A stretch of DNA of 64,000 nt. Origin: Trichoplax adhaerens (lineage: Eukaryota; Animalia; Placozoa). The notes below the pieces were generated by a model. The model was not told the DNA's origin, did not search any database, and worked only from the letters and a program-made list of their open reading frames with translations. Shown piece after piece: positions 1 to 18,339 of this stretch. Each line of letters starts with the position of its first letter. Within the stretch, counting starts at the first letter, position 1. The translations under genes were made by a program, and so were the position numbers. Where the stretch lies: positions 5,079,006-5,143,005 of the forward strand of contig NW_002060949.1 in assembly GCF_000150275.1 (NCBI RefSeq), in the 5' to 3' direction.

Positions 1-204
1 TTCTCCGAAGTCTTTTTTAAAATAGTAAACATGTAAAAGGAGCAAAGGTAAATTATCTATTGAAGATATACATGATGTAACAAAGTACCCTATTCAGTAA
101 TAATATAATTATTATTAAAAAAGGAGATTACTAATGTATCGTAGGATAACAAGCAATACATAGTTTGAGGTAGGTGAAGTGAAATTTTCAAGAGATTAAT
201 TTAC

Positions 205-2091
205 CGAAGATTTCTCACAGACAGCATGAGATGATAGCATATTTGTTTGACTGCATCTTCTGGTAAATCTGTCATAACGTGAAAGCCAAATTTGAAAGTT
301 AAGTACAGAGAATAATTGATTGGCTGTAATAAACGCAGTAGGCACAAAACTAGTGCGTCCAGTAGCAATGGCAAAATTGATTAAAACAAATAGGGTAGAA
401 TAGTTCAGTCCATGATTAAAGAGCTAGTATTTCAGATTATTGTATTTCTATATTCTATCTAACGTAGTATACTGAGAAAATGTTTTACGACATGTACTCG
501 TATATACGCGTATGCACTGAATTTATAGTACTCCATTTTTGCAATCAGTGACTATCTGGATAGAAAATCATGGTCACAAAGTTACTTTTCTGCTTTAATG
601 TACGTTTGTATGCAAATGATACAATGTATTTAGTATCTCTGTATGAAACTGAAGTAACATTATTAGCTTCTCAATATTTGATCCTTTTTCAGCTGCAGTG
701 CGCGTATTATATGTTAGTCTACTCGTACATTTAATCTAGAGTAGTGTAGTAATGAAAAGGTTCAGCAATATAATCCATGTATCGAATTTATAACACTAAG
801 ATTTTGCAGGCAAATAACCATCGGGATAGAAAGATATAGTGATGAAGTCGTTTTTTTCTGATTTAATATACGGTTGTACTTTAATTATGTAATGGAATTA
901 CTGTATCTATTGTAGAACACCAACATCGTATTAGCACATTGCTTCAATATCTGATCTTTTTCAGCTTTATTACATGTCTTTTAACCTCCATAGTATTACT
1001 TTTATCATAAAATCACACATAAAGCTGCTATAAAGTCTTTTTTCTGCAATACACAGACGATTCCTAGCATTAGCTGATGCCTACTATCGTTATCCATTCT
1101 ACGGATAAGTATCAATTCAAAAGTAGAACATTACCCTTGTTGGCAAAGTAAGCAAGGATTGTATTATTTCGGAATAGGGCATGTTGGAAAGCTGCCGATG
1201 ACATATTTTCTAACATCAAGACATTTTCCTGAGTTGGCAATCGATGTCGATGTACAAAGCAAAAGAAGAGAGATTATTTATTTCATTCCTATGCAGTGAC
1301 AATGCTGGATCGATCAACCATGACTGTAATCAGTATTGCAGTCTTACCTTTTCTGTATTGGCCATCACTGGTTTATGGGAAAATGTGAATTCAAAATTCA
1401 ATTTTCCAGAGTATTTCTGTATACACGAGCAGCTTCCGCTGTGTATTTCTTAAGAATCTTTGATGAGTAAAATGGAAAAAATTAATTTTACATACGAGTA
1501 GAATTGCAAGTTGATCAGCTGACTGCGCTAGTAGCCATGCTGTATCCCAGATCTATTTCATACTTGATTTGTATACGATCGTTGATAGGGCTGGTGGTCA
1601 ACACCTCGTATAGTTATCTCAAGTTTTTACTGAATTATTCATCCAATACAGATGCTGCTTACCTTCGCTTTCGTTAGTATAATAATCAACAAGAAGAGTC
1701 CAAGTGGTTTTAAAATTAGTTTGCAGGCCTCGACAATCACTTTGGATCGCTTTCCTTTCAGCAAGGTCCTTGCTGATTGTTCCCCTAGAATGTACAGTAC
1801 AGGACAGTATAGGTTTAGACTGTACACTGTACAGAATGCATGACCATGCTTTGGGGGTAGCGAAAGGGTGGCCAGACCACTGTATTCTATTCTCATACGT
1901 ACACTCGTTCAGCATGCATTATCACAGTACTGGTATAGACTGTCGACTACTGTTCAAGCCTAGTACCATCGTCTATACTCTAGCATACAGTATAACACCA
2001 CCAAGGATTGGTTGCCCGTCTCGGCGTGTTCCACACACCTTGCTTGAACTGACACATAGACTTGTAGAAGAAAAATGGAACGCTGCACCAT
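205..2091 (-). CDS. Partial (5' part) gene, probable non-catalytic thioredoxin-fold protein (TXNDC16/ERp90-like N-terminus); continues left of the window
   Basis: Phase-compatible GT-AG exon chain 2039-2091, 1663-1784, 1348-1448, 1135-1228, 205-268. The last two exons give ENVLMLENMSSAAFQHALFRNNTILAYFANK|DLPEDAVKQICYHLMLSVRNLR, which resembles the start of a thioredoxin fold with no CxxC (recalled similarity to TXNDC16 'LAYF..D.P...VR.L'). The three 5' exons and the start codon are uncertain. Confidence 0.4.
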
Positions 2092-2503
2092 CGTAGCAGC
2101 GTTGGATTATATTTAATTATCACAGCTACTACTTTTATTAAGGCTGCTTAAAAAGCGACTAAGGAACCGCGAATAGTTGTGAATAAAACCTCTGCATCAT
2201 AGAATTGATATTTTTTCGTTTAACCGTGTCGTAATTTCAGCTCATTACAGTAGTTTTGTATAGGCAATACAGTGATGGTATGTCGTGTAGAACTTAGGGA
2301 TTTGCTCGATTTTAACAACTCAGAATTTTGACTTGACGGATTACGAACCTAGAGCTAAGAACCCGTATACTACAAACTGTGTTCGGCTATAGGCCGTTAT
2401 TACACCTGTGCAGCGCTATAATTGCTTCTATGCTAGCACTCCGTATTAAATTGCGTCAACCGACACCTGTCAGCATTTCCGTCTCAGTATATGCAAATTA
2501 TTC

Positions 2504-2781
2504 CACTACTACAGCATTAAGGCATACTAGTTTGTCATAGTTAAGGTTAATAATACAGAGATAAAAATAATTTGAAGAACGCAATTGATTCTCTAACACT
2601 ACTACAGCATAAAGGCATACTAGTTTGTCATAGTTAAGGTTAATAATACAGAGATAAAAATAATTTGAAGAACGCAATTGATTCTCTAACACTACTACAG
2701 CATAAAGGCATACTAGTTTGCCATAGTTAAGGTTAATAATACAAAGTTAAAAATAATTTGAAGAACGCAATTGATTCTCTA
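2504..2781. repeat. Tandem repeat, 3 x 93 bp, near-identical
   Basis: Unit cactactacagcat(t/a)aaggcatactagtttg...gcaattgattctcta starts at 2504, 2597 and 2690, with only a few substitutions. Confidence 0.95.
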
Positions 2782-3880
2782 GCATCCCATGCATCCATAT
2801 CTTCATTTATTGAATTGAATAGACCTATAGCGGGCAAGCCTAGAGGTGCTATAGGCGGATCTCTTACATTCCTACAGTTTACATACGTGTATTGGGGTGA
2901 ACAAGGAAAATTTCAATAGTACTCGTAATGATTGATTAACTGACTAAATCATACGCTTTCTTACGCGAACAAATTTTAGCAGCTAATAACTTTGTGTACT
3001 ACAATCTTTCTTACTATACCGTATAAACATTATAATCATATACAACCAGCCAAAATATCACAATCTTAAGGCATGAGCTAAGGTTAGGGATATTTACGTA
3101 TACAGTAACCGTTTCCATAGCATAATCACTAAATCAATTAAAACTATTTTTCCAATGTGGTTATTTCATTGGCTGGAAATTACTAATATAGTACTGTACA
3201 ATCTACATCGAAGATCAACTCAAACAAATGACGTAGCAATCCACTTTCTAATCCAAATACCTCGTTTCATATTAGCGCACACCCCAGAATATTTTATTAC
3301 AAACATTTACAAAGGAATTAAAATGCCGTCTTATTTAAAATAGTAATAATCAATATGCCCTTATATCATTAACATCTAAGCTGAATCTGAGTTCTTATGG
3401 TCAGAGAATGAATAATAATTTCCACTAGAGATTGATGTAATAAAAAATAAAAAATTAAGTAATGTGTATTCCATCTCTTCTTGCTAAGCTGAAAGTAATA
3501 TACATGAAAACAAATACAGGCCTTATTAATAACAGCATTTAGTCTGATGAATATGATACTACCGTTACAATAAGAAACGATTTAAATAATCTTTCAAGAA
3601 TTGTACCTGTATTCTTTATAAGCCTATTTATAACAAGAAAAATGAACCTGCAATTATTTATTGAAATCTTATATAAAATTAACAATTCCCGAATTACTCT
3701 GTAAAGATACCCTCTTACTTTGTATATTTTATGACGTACGATACACAAATTGCATCGTTACTGGCTTTGAACATACACAAATTTAATTTAAGTGCAATAT
3801 AGCAATCTACCGAAACACACATTTATGGAGTAATATCTATAGCACAGTTTGCAGTATAGTGCAGTATCTGTAACAGCCTA

Positions 3881-11468
<7,588 letters not shown>

Positions 11469-11804
11469 GGTAATAACAGCAATATTACAAATAGGATTCT
11501 TGAATAACAGAAAAGGAATGCTCTCCAATCACAACACAACTGGTGGAAAGTCGAGAGCGACTTTTTTTTCAATCGCTCCTTCAATGTTGTCTGTTAGTAG
11601 ACTGCACTGTTAATATTTAGAATCAAGTCGATTGAATCGAACAGTCAGTCTTGAAATCTAAGGTATAGTATACTTACTGCTCGCCGAATGAACAGCAGAT
11701 TGATTTGAAATGGGCAAATCCCAGCAATTTGGATGTTATATAGTACCTAAAGTACCGTAAATATCACCTCCTCTTTTTTTGAATTTGAAAATTCTGGTGG
11801 TGCG

Positions 11805-11931
11805 CTTTGATTGGCTGATTGCGAGGAAAAGGTTACGATACGGTACGGCACGATCCGTGACAGTACAGTACAGTACTGTACTGTACAGTACTGTACACTC
11901 AGGCTCTTTACTGTACACTGTACACTGTACA
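11805..11931 (-). promoter_or_regulatory. Putative CIT promoter: CCAAT box plus TACNG pentamer array and (CTGTACA)3
   Basis: gattggctgatt (CCAAT on -) at about 11809-11820; 13 degenerate pentamers at 11834-11898; CTGTACA x3 at 11911-11931. It lies just upstream of a predicted 5'-UTR exon with a donor at 11677. Confidence 0.55.
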
Positions 11932-13849
11932 ATATGCACTGTCGTGGACAGATGGACTACAGTACTAAAAGACTGGACTGGATATGCCTTTAGATGGACA
12001 GACGTTTGGCCAACTTTGGTCAACAAATTGTGTCAAACACTTCGTTATGACAGTACTAAATTTAGTATATAGACAGTCGATTCTAAATTGATTGATTTTG
12101 TGAATGAAGTAATATTACATTGTATTTCATAGGCTGTTAGTAAGCTCTGCTTGGAAGCAGTAACTTTAAACAATAAATGTTATTCAAATTAATCAGAGTG
12201 ATTTAGAAAACAGACTGGGAAAATCCATACTGAGTAACTATTTTTCGCCATTGGGAGGGGGCCTCATCTGCTAGGGAAAGTCCGTCCATCCGAGGAGAGT
12301 GTCTACTGTCCGATCCAGTCTGGTCTGGTGTACAACTGGACTATAGTCAGTCTGTTAAGTTCATCGAGGTCAGAAGAATTTCTATGGTTGAGTTTGACTA
12401 GGAGACAGACGATGAGAGCAGTATTTTAAACTAAGGAAAAGGAAGAATGATCTCTTCTTCGAAGTATTGTCGCTAGAATTGTAACCATAACCGTACACCA
12501 TATTGTGCAAAACCAAAAGGCAACCTGGCAGCTGGAGCACTGTCGTGTACAGTGCGTTAGTCTCCAGCATCTTGTAATTATAGTTTACTATATTACAACG
12601 ATACATTATATTTCAATGCCAATAGGTAGTAAATAAAATAGAATTACAAGATGCCGGAGACTAGTGCACATACAGTAGCTCCATCCACCTTACATAAACT
12701 TGTTAGGACAGTTTCAGCTAAATATTCTAAGAACTATATGTAAGGGAAGGTGGCGGGGGCTAGTGTACAATGACCGATGGTCATCACGGTTAAGATAAAT
12801 TAAATTGATCAGCAAAATAGGATAATAGTACAGTCCATACGTGGACGTAGAATGCCATGCGCAATTATACATCAATAAATAACTGCATGTCGAGAAGGAA
12901 TGCATATATCTTTTACTGGTTTTATAGTTAATATGTCAATACACCGGCTTTGCCATTTTGACACTTTACAATGTCAACGTTTTCAAGTGCTATTGGTATT
13001 AAAATAAAATAAATTCATTCAAAGTGTCGATTCCGAAATGTAATGTGTGACACTATCCGTATAAACATATTGGAATTATAAGTTTATAATATCGACTAGA
13101 ACAACAATCCATACAATATTAACTATGACTATGTGCTGAGCATGCTGAGTATAACATTAACTAGTTAATTGATAATGTTATTGTCACGGACTACTTCCTC
13201 ACAAGTTTACAGTACTAGTCTAACGTAAAGTACTGACTTTGAGTTGCTTCTACAGATTACTACCCTAATCTGTCCAAAGATCTAGTCAGAATAGAGTACT
13301 GCTACTATAACGCTTAAGAACTACCCTTCTAAAAGGCTCATATGCTATAATACTGAAACACTGTCAGCAACAATATTTTCTGAAATTCTATAATTTAGGC
13401 AACGCAGTGCCGTAACAGTTATAGATTTATTATCATCAGTCTCATTCGTACTCCGTGGGTGCGGGTTAAGTTAGTACTGTATTAAAGAAACCATAAATAT
13501 AATGATTAATCGAATAATGTGCTCGCTATTATATGTTGACAGGTTCTACTTTTAATTACGCATAAAAAATTGGCTTGATGAAAAATGAAATTGAAAATGA
13601 TTTCTTTCAAAATTTTAATATACAGTACACCAGATGTATTCGCAAACGTTAAAAATAAATTGCTCACCACCAAGTTGCCTAAATTACTATATTAGAAGCT
13701 GACAATACAGCCTATAGCTGTTATCATCTCAATCACGCAAAATAGGAATCAGTCAAAGAGGGTAGATAAACAGCTAGTCATCCCCGTCGTAGCACCAGGT
13801 TAAAAGATCGCCATCAGTACTCGTCCGTCAGTATCTTACTTGGTCAATA

Positions 13850-16800
13850 TTACAGCTTGCTACTGATTCGAGATTTTTCATTCTGTCGAATGACTCGACG
13901 TAAAATTTTACCACTAGCAGATTTCGGAATTGACTGGACGAATTCTACGCCACCTCGCAGTTGTTTATACCAAGCTACGTTCTCGGCTACGTACTTGATA
14001 ATGTCTTTCGCAGAAAGCGAATCTGAAAAAGTTTCAGTTTATTAGCTAATGCAAAATATCTAAAAATACAAACGTCATAAAATATTACCTTTAGAATTTC
14101 TTAAAACTACGTAAGCTTTTGGGACTTCTCCTGCCGTTTCATCAGGAATTCCGATTACTGCAGAATCTGCTATTTGTTGATGATCATTTAAAATAGCTTC
14201 CAATTCAGCAGGTGCAATCTACAAAATGATTTTAAATTAGAATTGATGATATTGACAATATTAACAGCAGCAAAGGCTTAGATTATAAAATTAGCAATGC
14301 TCTCTAAACTAACCTGAAATCCTTTAAATTTAATCAGCTCCTTCAAACGATCTATCACAAATACGTTGCCTTCATTATCATAATACCCAATATCACCAGT
14401 ATGAAGCCATCCATTTTTGTCAATAGTATCTGCAGTCGCTTGTGGATTGTTGATGTAGCCTAACATCATTTGCGGTCCCCTGAAGCATAATTCTCCAACT
14501 TCATTGAGCCCAACGGCTTCACCATTATCAACGTTGATAACCTATTGGGTAATTATCATAAAATTGAGGTAGATTACATGATGCTGATGATGTTTGTAAT
14601 TAATCATTACTATTCTACAGAATTAATCAAAGAATATAATTTAACCTTGCAATCCGTGTTGGGAACTAATTTACCAACTGAACCAACTTTATAAGAGTTT
14701 AAAAATGCATACACCACCAGTGGGCCTAATTCTGTCATACCATAACCTAAGAATCCATCACATACAGAGAGATGACAAGTAAGTTATATAACGTCATGAA
14801 TATATGACACGTATAATGATATAGACTTTACTTTATAAATAATTTAAAAATAGCGATTCAACTCTACCTTGATTAAACGTTTGTAATTTTAAGCGCTTTT
14901 GCAAGTCTTCACCAATTTCTGAGCTAACTGGGGCGCCTCCTGAACTAATGTAGGTTAAACTGGACAAGTTATAATTATCAATCAAAGGACTTTTAGCTAG
15001 AAACAATACCATGGCCGGCACACATAATAATTTAGTGACCTATAATTATGCAGAAGAAAAAAATGCCGTCTGTCTAAAAATCGATAAGGGATAACGTACT
15101 ATTTACATTCAATCCATATTCAATCCACTCAAAAACTATAAATACCTTGTACTCTTGGATTGCATTCAGGAATTTCGTATGTATAAATTTCGATTGAAGG
15201 ACTAAGCGACGTCCATTACATAACGTAAACGAAAGTATAGACACCAGACCATATACATGAAATAATGGTAAGACATTTAACAAACATTCGTCTTCAGAAT
15301 CCATATTTAAAGCTCCAATATCACGATGACTAAAGTTCACCATATCAGCTATTAAATTATAATGGGAGAGCATGACACCCTTTGGTAGCCCAGTAGTACC
15401 ACTCGAATATAAGATCACGGCAACATCTGATTTAGGGGAAACCTTGAACTTCCTAGGAGCTTTGTTAACCTTGCCGCTACAATATAGAGAATTTATGGTT
15501 ATAAGGAGAAGAATCACACGCAAGCATTCCCAAAGGTCATTGTACTGTATGTCTTTATGATAAAAATTCACAATGAACATCCGGATTTACGCAACTGTGA
15601 GGATAACTTTTTGACGCTTTATTAAATAGATTTTAGTTGAATATTAACTTAATGATCTACCACATGAAATAACGCCCCTCATCTACAAAATCTATATACA
15701 GTCATGCTGTACAGTAAAGTATTAGCTTAATATAAAAAAAAGTAGAGTAAATATTTTGGATGTTTTTGCAACGACATTTCATGGAAACTTTCATACAGTC
15801 ATATAGAATGCATGCTATGTTTATGCTATAAGCGAATAAATGAAACAGGGTAAATGAACCTACTTTATGAGATCGAACATAGCTTGATAGCTGTTATCAC
15901 GGATTGGGGGTTTGCCAATAACAATTTTTCTTCTGAAGCTGTAGTTGACTTTTTTAACCGTATTGATACAACTTTCGTGAGTAATTATGTATGCCGGTTT
16001 CGAATCATTCAGCTGTCTTGCCAATTCATGCTCTGTGAAGATTGGGTTGCAAGTAGTCACGATACCACCTGCAGCTATAACTGCAAAGAAGCCGATAACA
16101 AACTCTAAGCAATTAGGACTTCGGATCATGACTACATCTTTGGGTTGCAATCCTAAACGAATCAGACCAGAGCAACATCTTTCAATCCGATCTCGCAATT
16201 CGCCATAAGTAATTGACTTCGCTTCTTCTTTATCATCATCAATCTATAATTTAAAAGATTAGCAATGTATTTTCACTACGATCAGAATCAATGATCAACA
16301 ATACAGCGGAAACTCTTGTTGTAGACCTCCTTGTAAAATGGAGAAACTAAAAACAAACACAGTCATCATTTCACTAGGTAAAAGGTCCAATATTCGATAC
16401 AATGCCAACGGGTATCTATCGTAAAATCGACTGACTACAGTATATCAAATGATGTGCTGTACTTGTATCTATCATTCCCTGAACTTTTAGCTTAATTGTA
16501 CAGGTAATCGTATTTGCTTCAACTAATAGAGGCGATTGGAAATTGAAAGATAGCCGGTAAAAATTGTACCCCACCCATCAGTTCTATTCTTGTTTTTATA
16601 TCTATCCTGTATATAATAATCTTATAATCTACTTTTTTTTTTAATTACGTATTCAAAATCATGTCAACAGAGTCGTAATTTCTATCTAGGAGTGATGATG
16701 ATGAGTGGAGAATGTTGATGAATAAATTATCTTACGCGTATTCTCTACTTTTGTGCAAGACTGGTGAATTTTTGAGCAAGACATTTTTACGATAGGAGCT

Positions 16801-16938
16801 ACGACAGTAGCTACAGAACCGATCAAACCTTACCAGGGCAATTCGATTATAATATTGATCGCAATTTCTGAAGATAAATTGGTAAAAGTCTATGTTGTCA
16901 GGTATGTGAATGTTGCCAAGAGTACTAGAAATGTACAT
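13850..16938 (-). CDS. Luciferase-like / 4-coumarate-CoA ligase-like acyl-CoA synthetase (ANL superfamily) with PTS1 (about 539 aa, 8 exons)
   Basis: Exons 16834-16938, 15864-16243, 15146-15476, 14868-15039, 14646-14746, 14314-14541, 14089-14218, 13850-14022. Motifs: [71 protein letters not shown]. Ends in SKL*. Confidence 0.92.
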
Positions 16939-17666
16939 CGTTGTTGCCAAAGGTGCTGGAAAAAAAAAATGCCAAATCAGAACTTTCGGTCGTAACAGAT
17001 TACTACCAATGTTATTACTACCTGGTGTTCTATACTACTGTATACTGAAACTTCTTTCTTCAGCCTCCACATGTGACATTAGTTTTGCAAAGGACAAGAT
17101 CACGAGACTGGGAGACTACTGAAAGAAGTTCCAGTACTGTCTATACTAGTAGCCGTAAAGCAATCGGAAGAGGCATACTGTAGCACTACCAAAAGATAAT
17201 AATAATGCGCCGTCTATTACAGTACAGGGAGTATCATTGATCAAGGGGACCGCCAGTTACGAGCAAAAATCATATCACTATGCTCCACCAGACAGATTGC
17301 CACTGCTGTTTTGGGCGACTTCTTCTTCTCCTAGCTATCATGACAGCATTACCCACAAGCAAGAATTTTTAGTCTACTCGTCAAAGTATAGTATCCAAGA
17401 TTCTCGTTTAGTCGTTTCTGACTAGAGAAAGCTTTAGGCGAAAGCCATATCTAAGCCCTTAGCGATCAAAATCGAGGTACAGTATAGTGTAGAAGCCCTT
17501 GGATGGCATCGAGAGAAAACAGTGTATTTCTACTCCTATGTTATTCAAATGAGTTAGACAGGATCGAATAAAATGGCCGGCAGGGACATTTTTAGTATCC
17601 TGGACTCAACAATGGCTGAACCATGGACATCAACCTTGGCATTGCAGTTAGGGTTGACTTTGGAAG

Positions 17667-17879
17667 GCACTACTAAAATATAAAATAGACTGGCAACATG
17701 GAGCACTGTAGTCATGGACTAGCAATAGAGTCTATCGCTACTAGCCCTACTAAAAAAAAAGATACTGGAAGCATTGAGTATTGCAGTCATGCGAATAGTC
17801 TATCACTACTAGCACTACTAAAACAAAAAAATACTGGCAGCATTGAGTACTGTAATCATGGACTACCAATAGTCTATCA
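17667..17879. repeat. Diverged tandem repeat, about 3 x 70 bp, in the ligase/SSH divergent intergenic region
   Basis: Recurring gcactacta-A-run-actgg(c/a)agcattgagta(c/t)tg..tcatg...aatagtctatc. Confidence 0.8.
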
Positions 17880-18339
17880 TGCCCTGGCATACATGTCAAA
17901 ATAAATAAATAAATCACTATTTTTTGCCTTAAAAGCACTACTAATCTACTGTATGGGAATATTCAAGGCAGCATCCATTGTATAGGATTGACTGCACTGC
18001 CCATTTACACCGTAATGTACAGTAGTACTATACTGTAGCAGTTGAGGGTAAAGTGTACTTTTATAGGCAAGATTTCCTAAAACGCCTAATCAATCCATTG
18101 AAGGAGGGCCGCCTGCTTGCATTAAATAGTTCTGAACTGCCCCATTTGACCTAAATTGTCCCCCAAAAAGGGAAAAAAGAAGAATGAAAGGCATTTGGTC
18201 CAAAAGAAGGCTATGCCATAGCCTAAAAAGTCAACACTGATACCGACTACAAGGTTGTATCGAGAGAGACAACAAGAGATACTGCCCAGTGGAAGTCAGA
18301 ACCGAGAAGAGAGAGAAAAAAAAAAAAAAAAAATTGGCA

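Noticed and set aside
660-967. Roughly 25-bp direct repeat (tcaatat.tgatc.ttttcagct) at about 670 and 943
   Set aside because: Too short and AT-rich to interpret; probably a small old intronic duplication.
2498-2692. 64-aa ORF with an internal 31-aa repeat
   Set aside because: It follows from the 93-bp tandem repeat being a multiple of three. No other coding evidence.
2504-2781. CRISPR-like array
   Set aside because: The units are head-to-tail with no unique spacers, there are no cas genes, and the context is eukaryotic.
11736-12072. Overlapping ORFs rich in Y/C/T/V (also 54186-54475 and 54698-54891)
   Set aside because: They are translations of the TACAG/CTGTA arrays, which are stop-poor in several frames. 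No protein-like features.
12268-12304. ctagggaaagtcc...gagagtg resembling the RNase MRP/P RNA CR-I and GARAR elements
   Set aside because: The GAGAG is not closed by a pairing stem, and I found no downstream CR-V sequence able to form helix P4.
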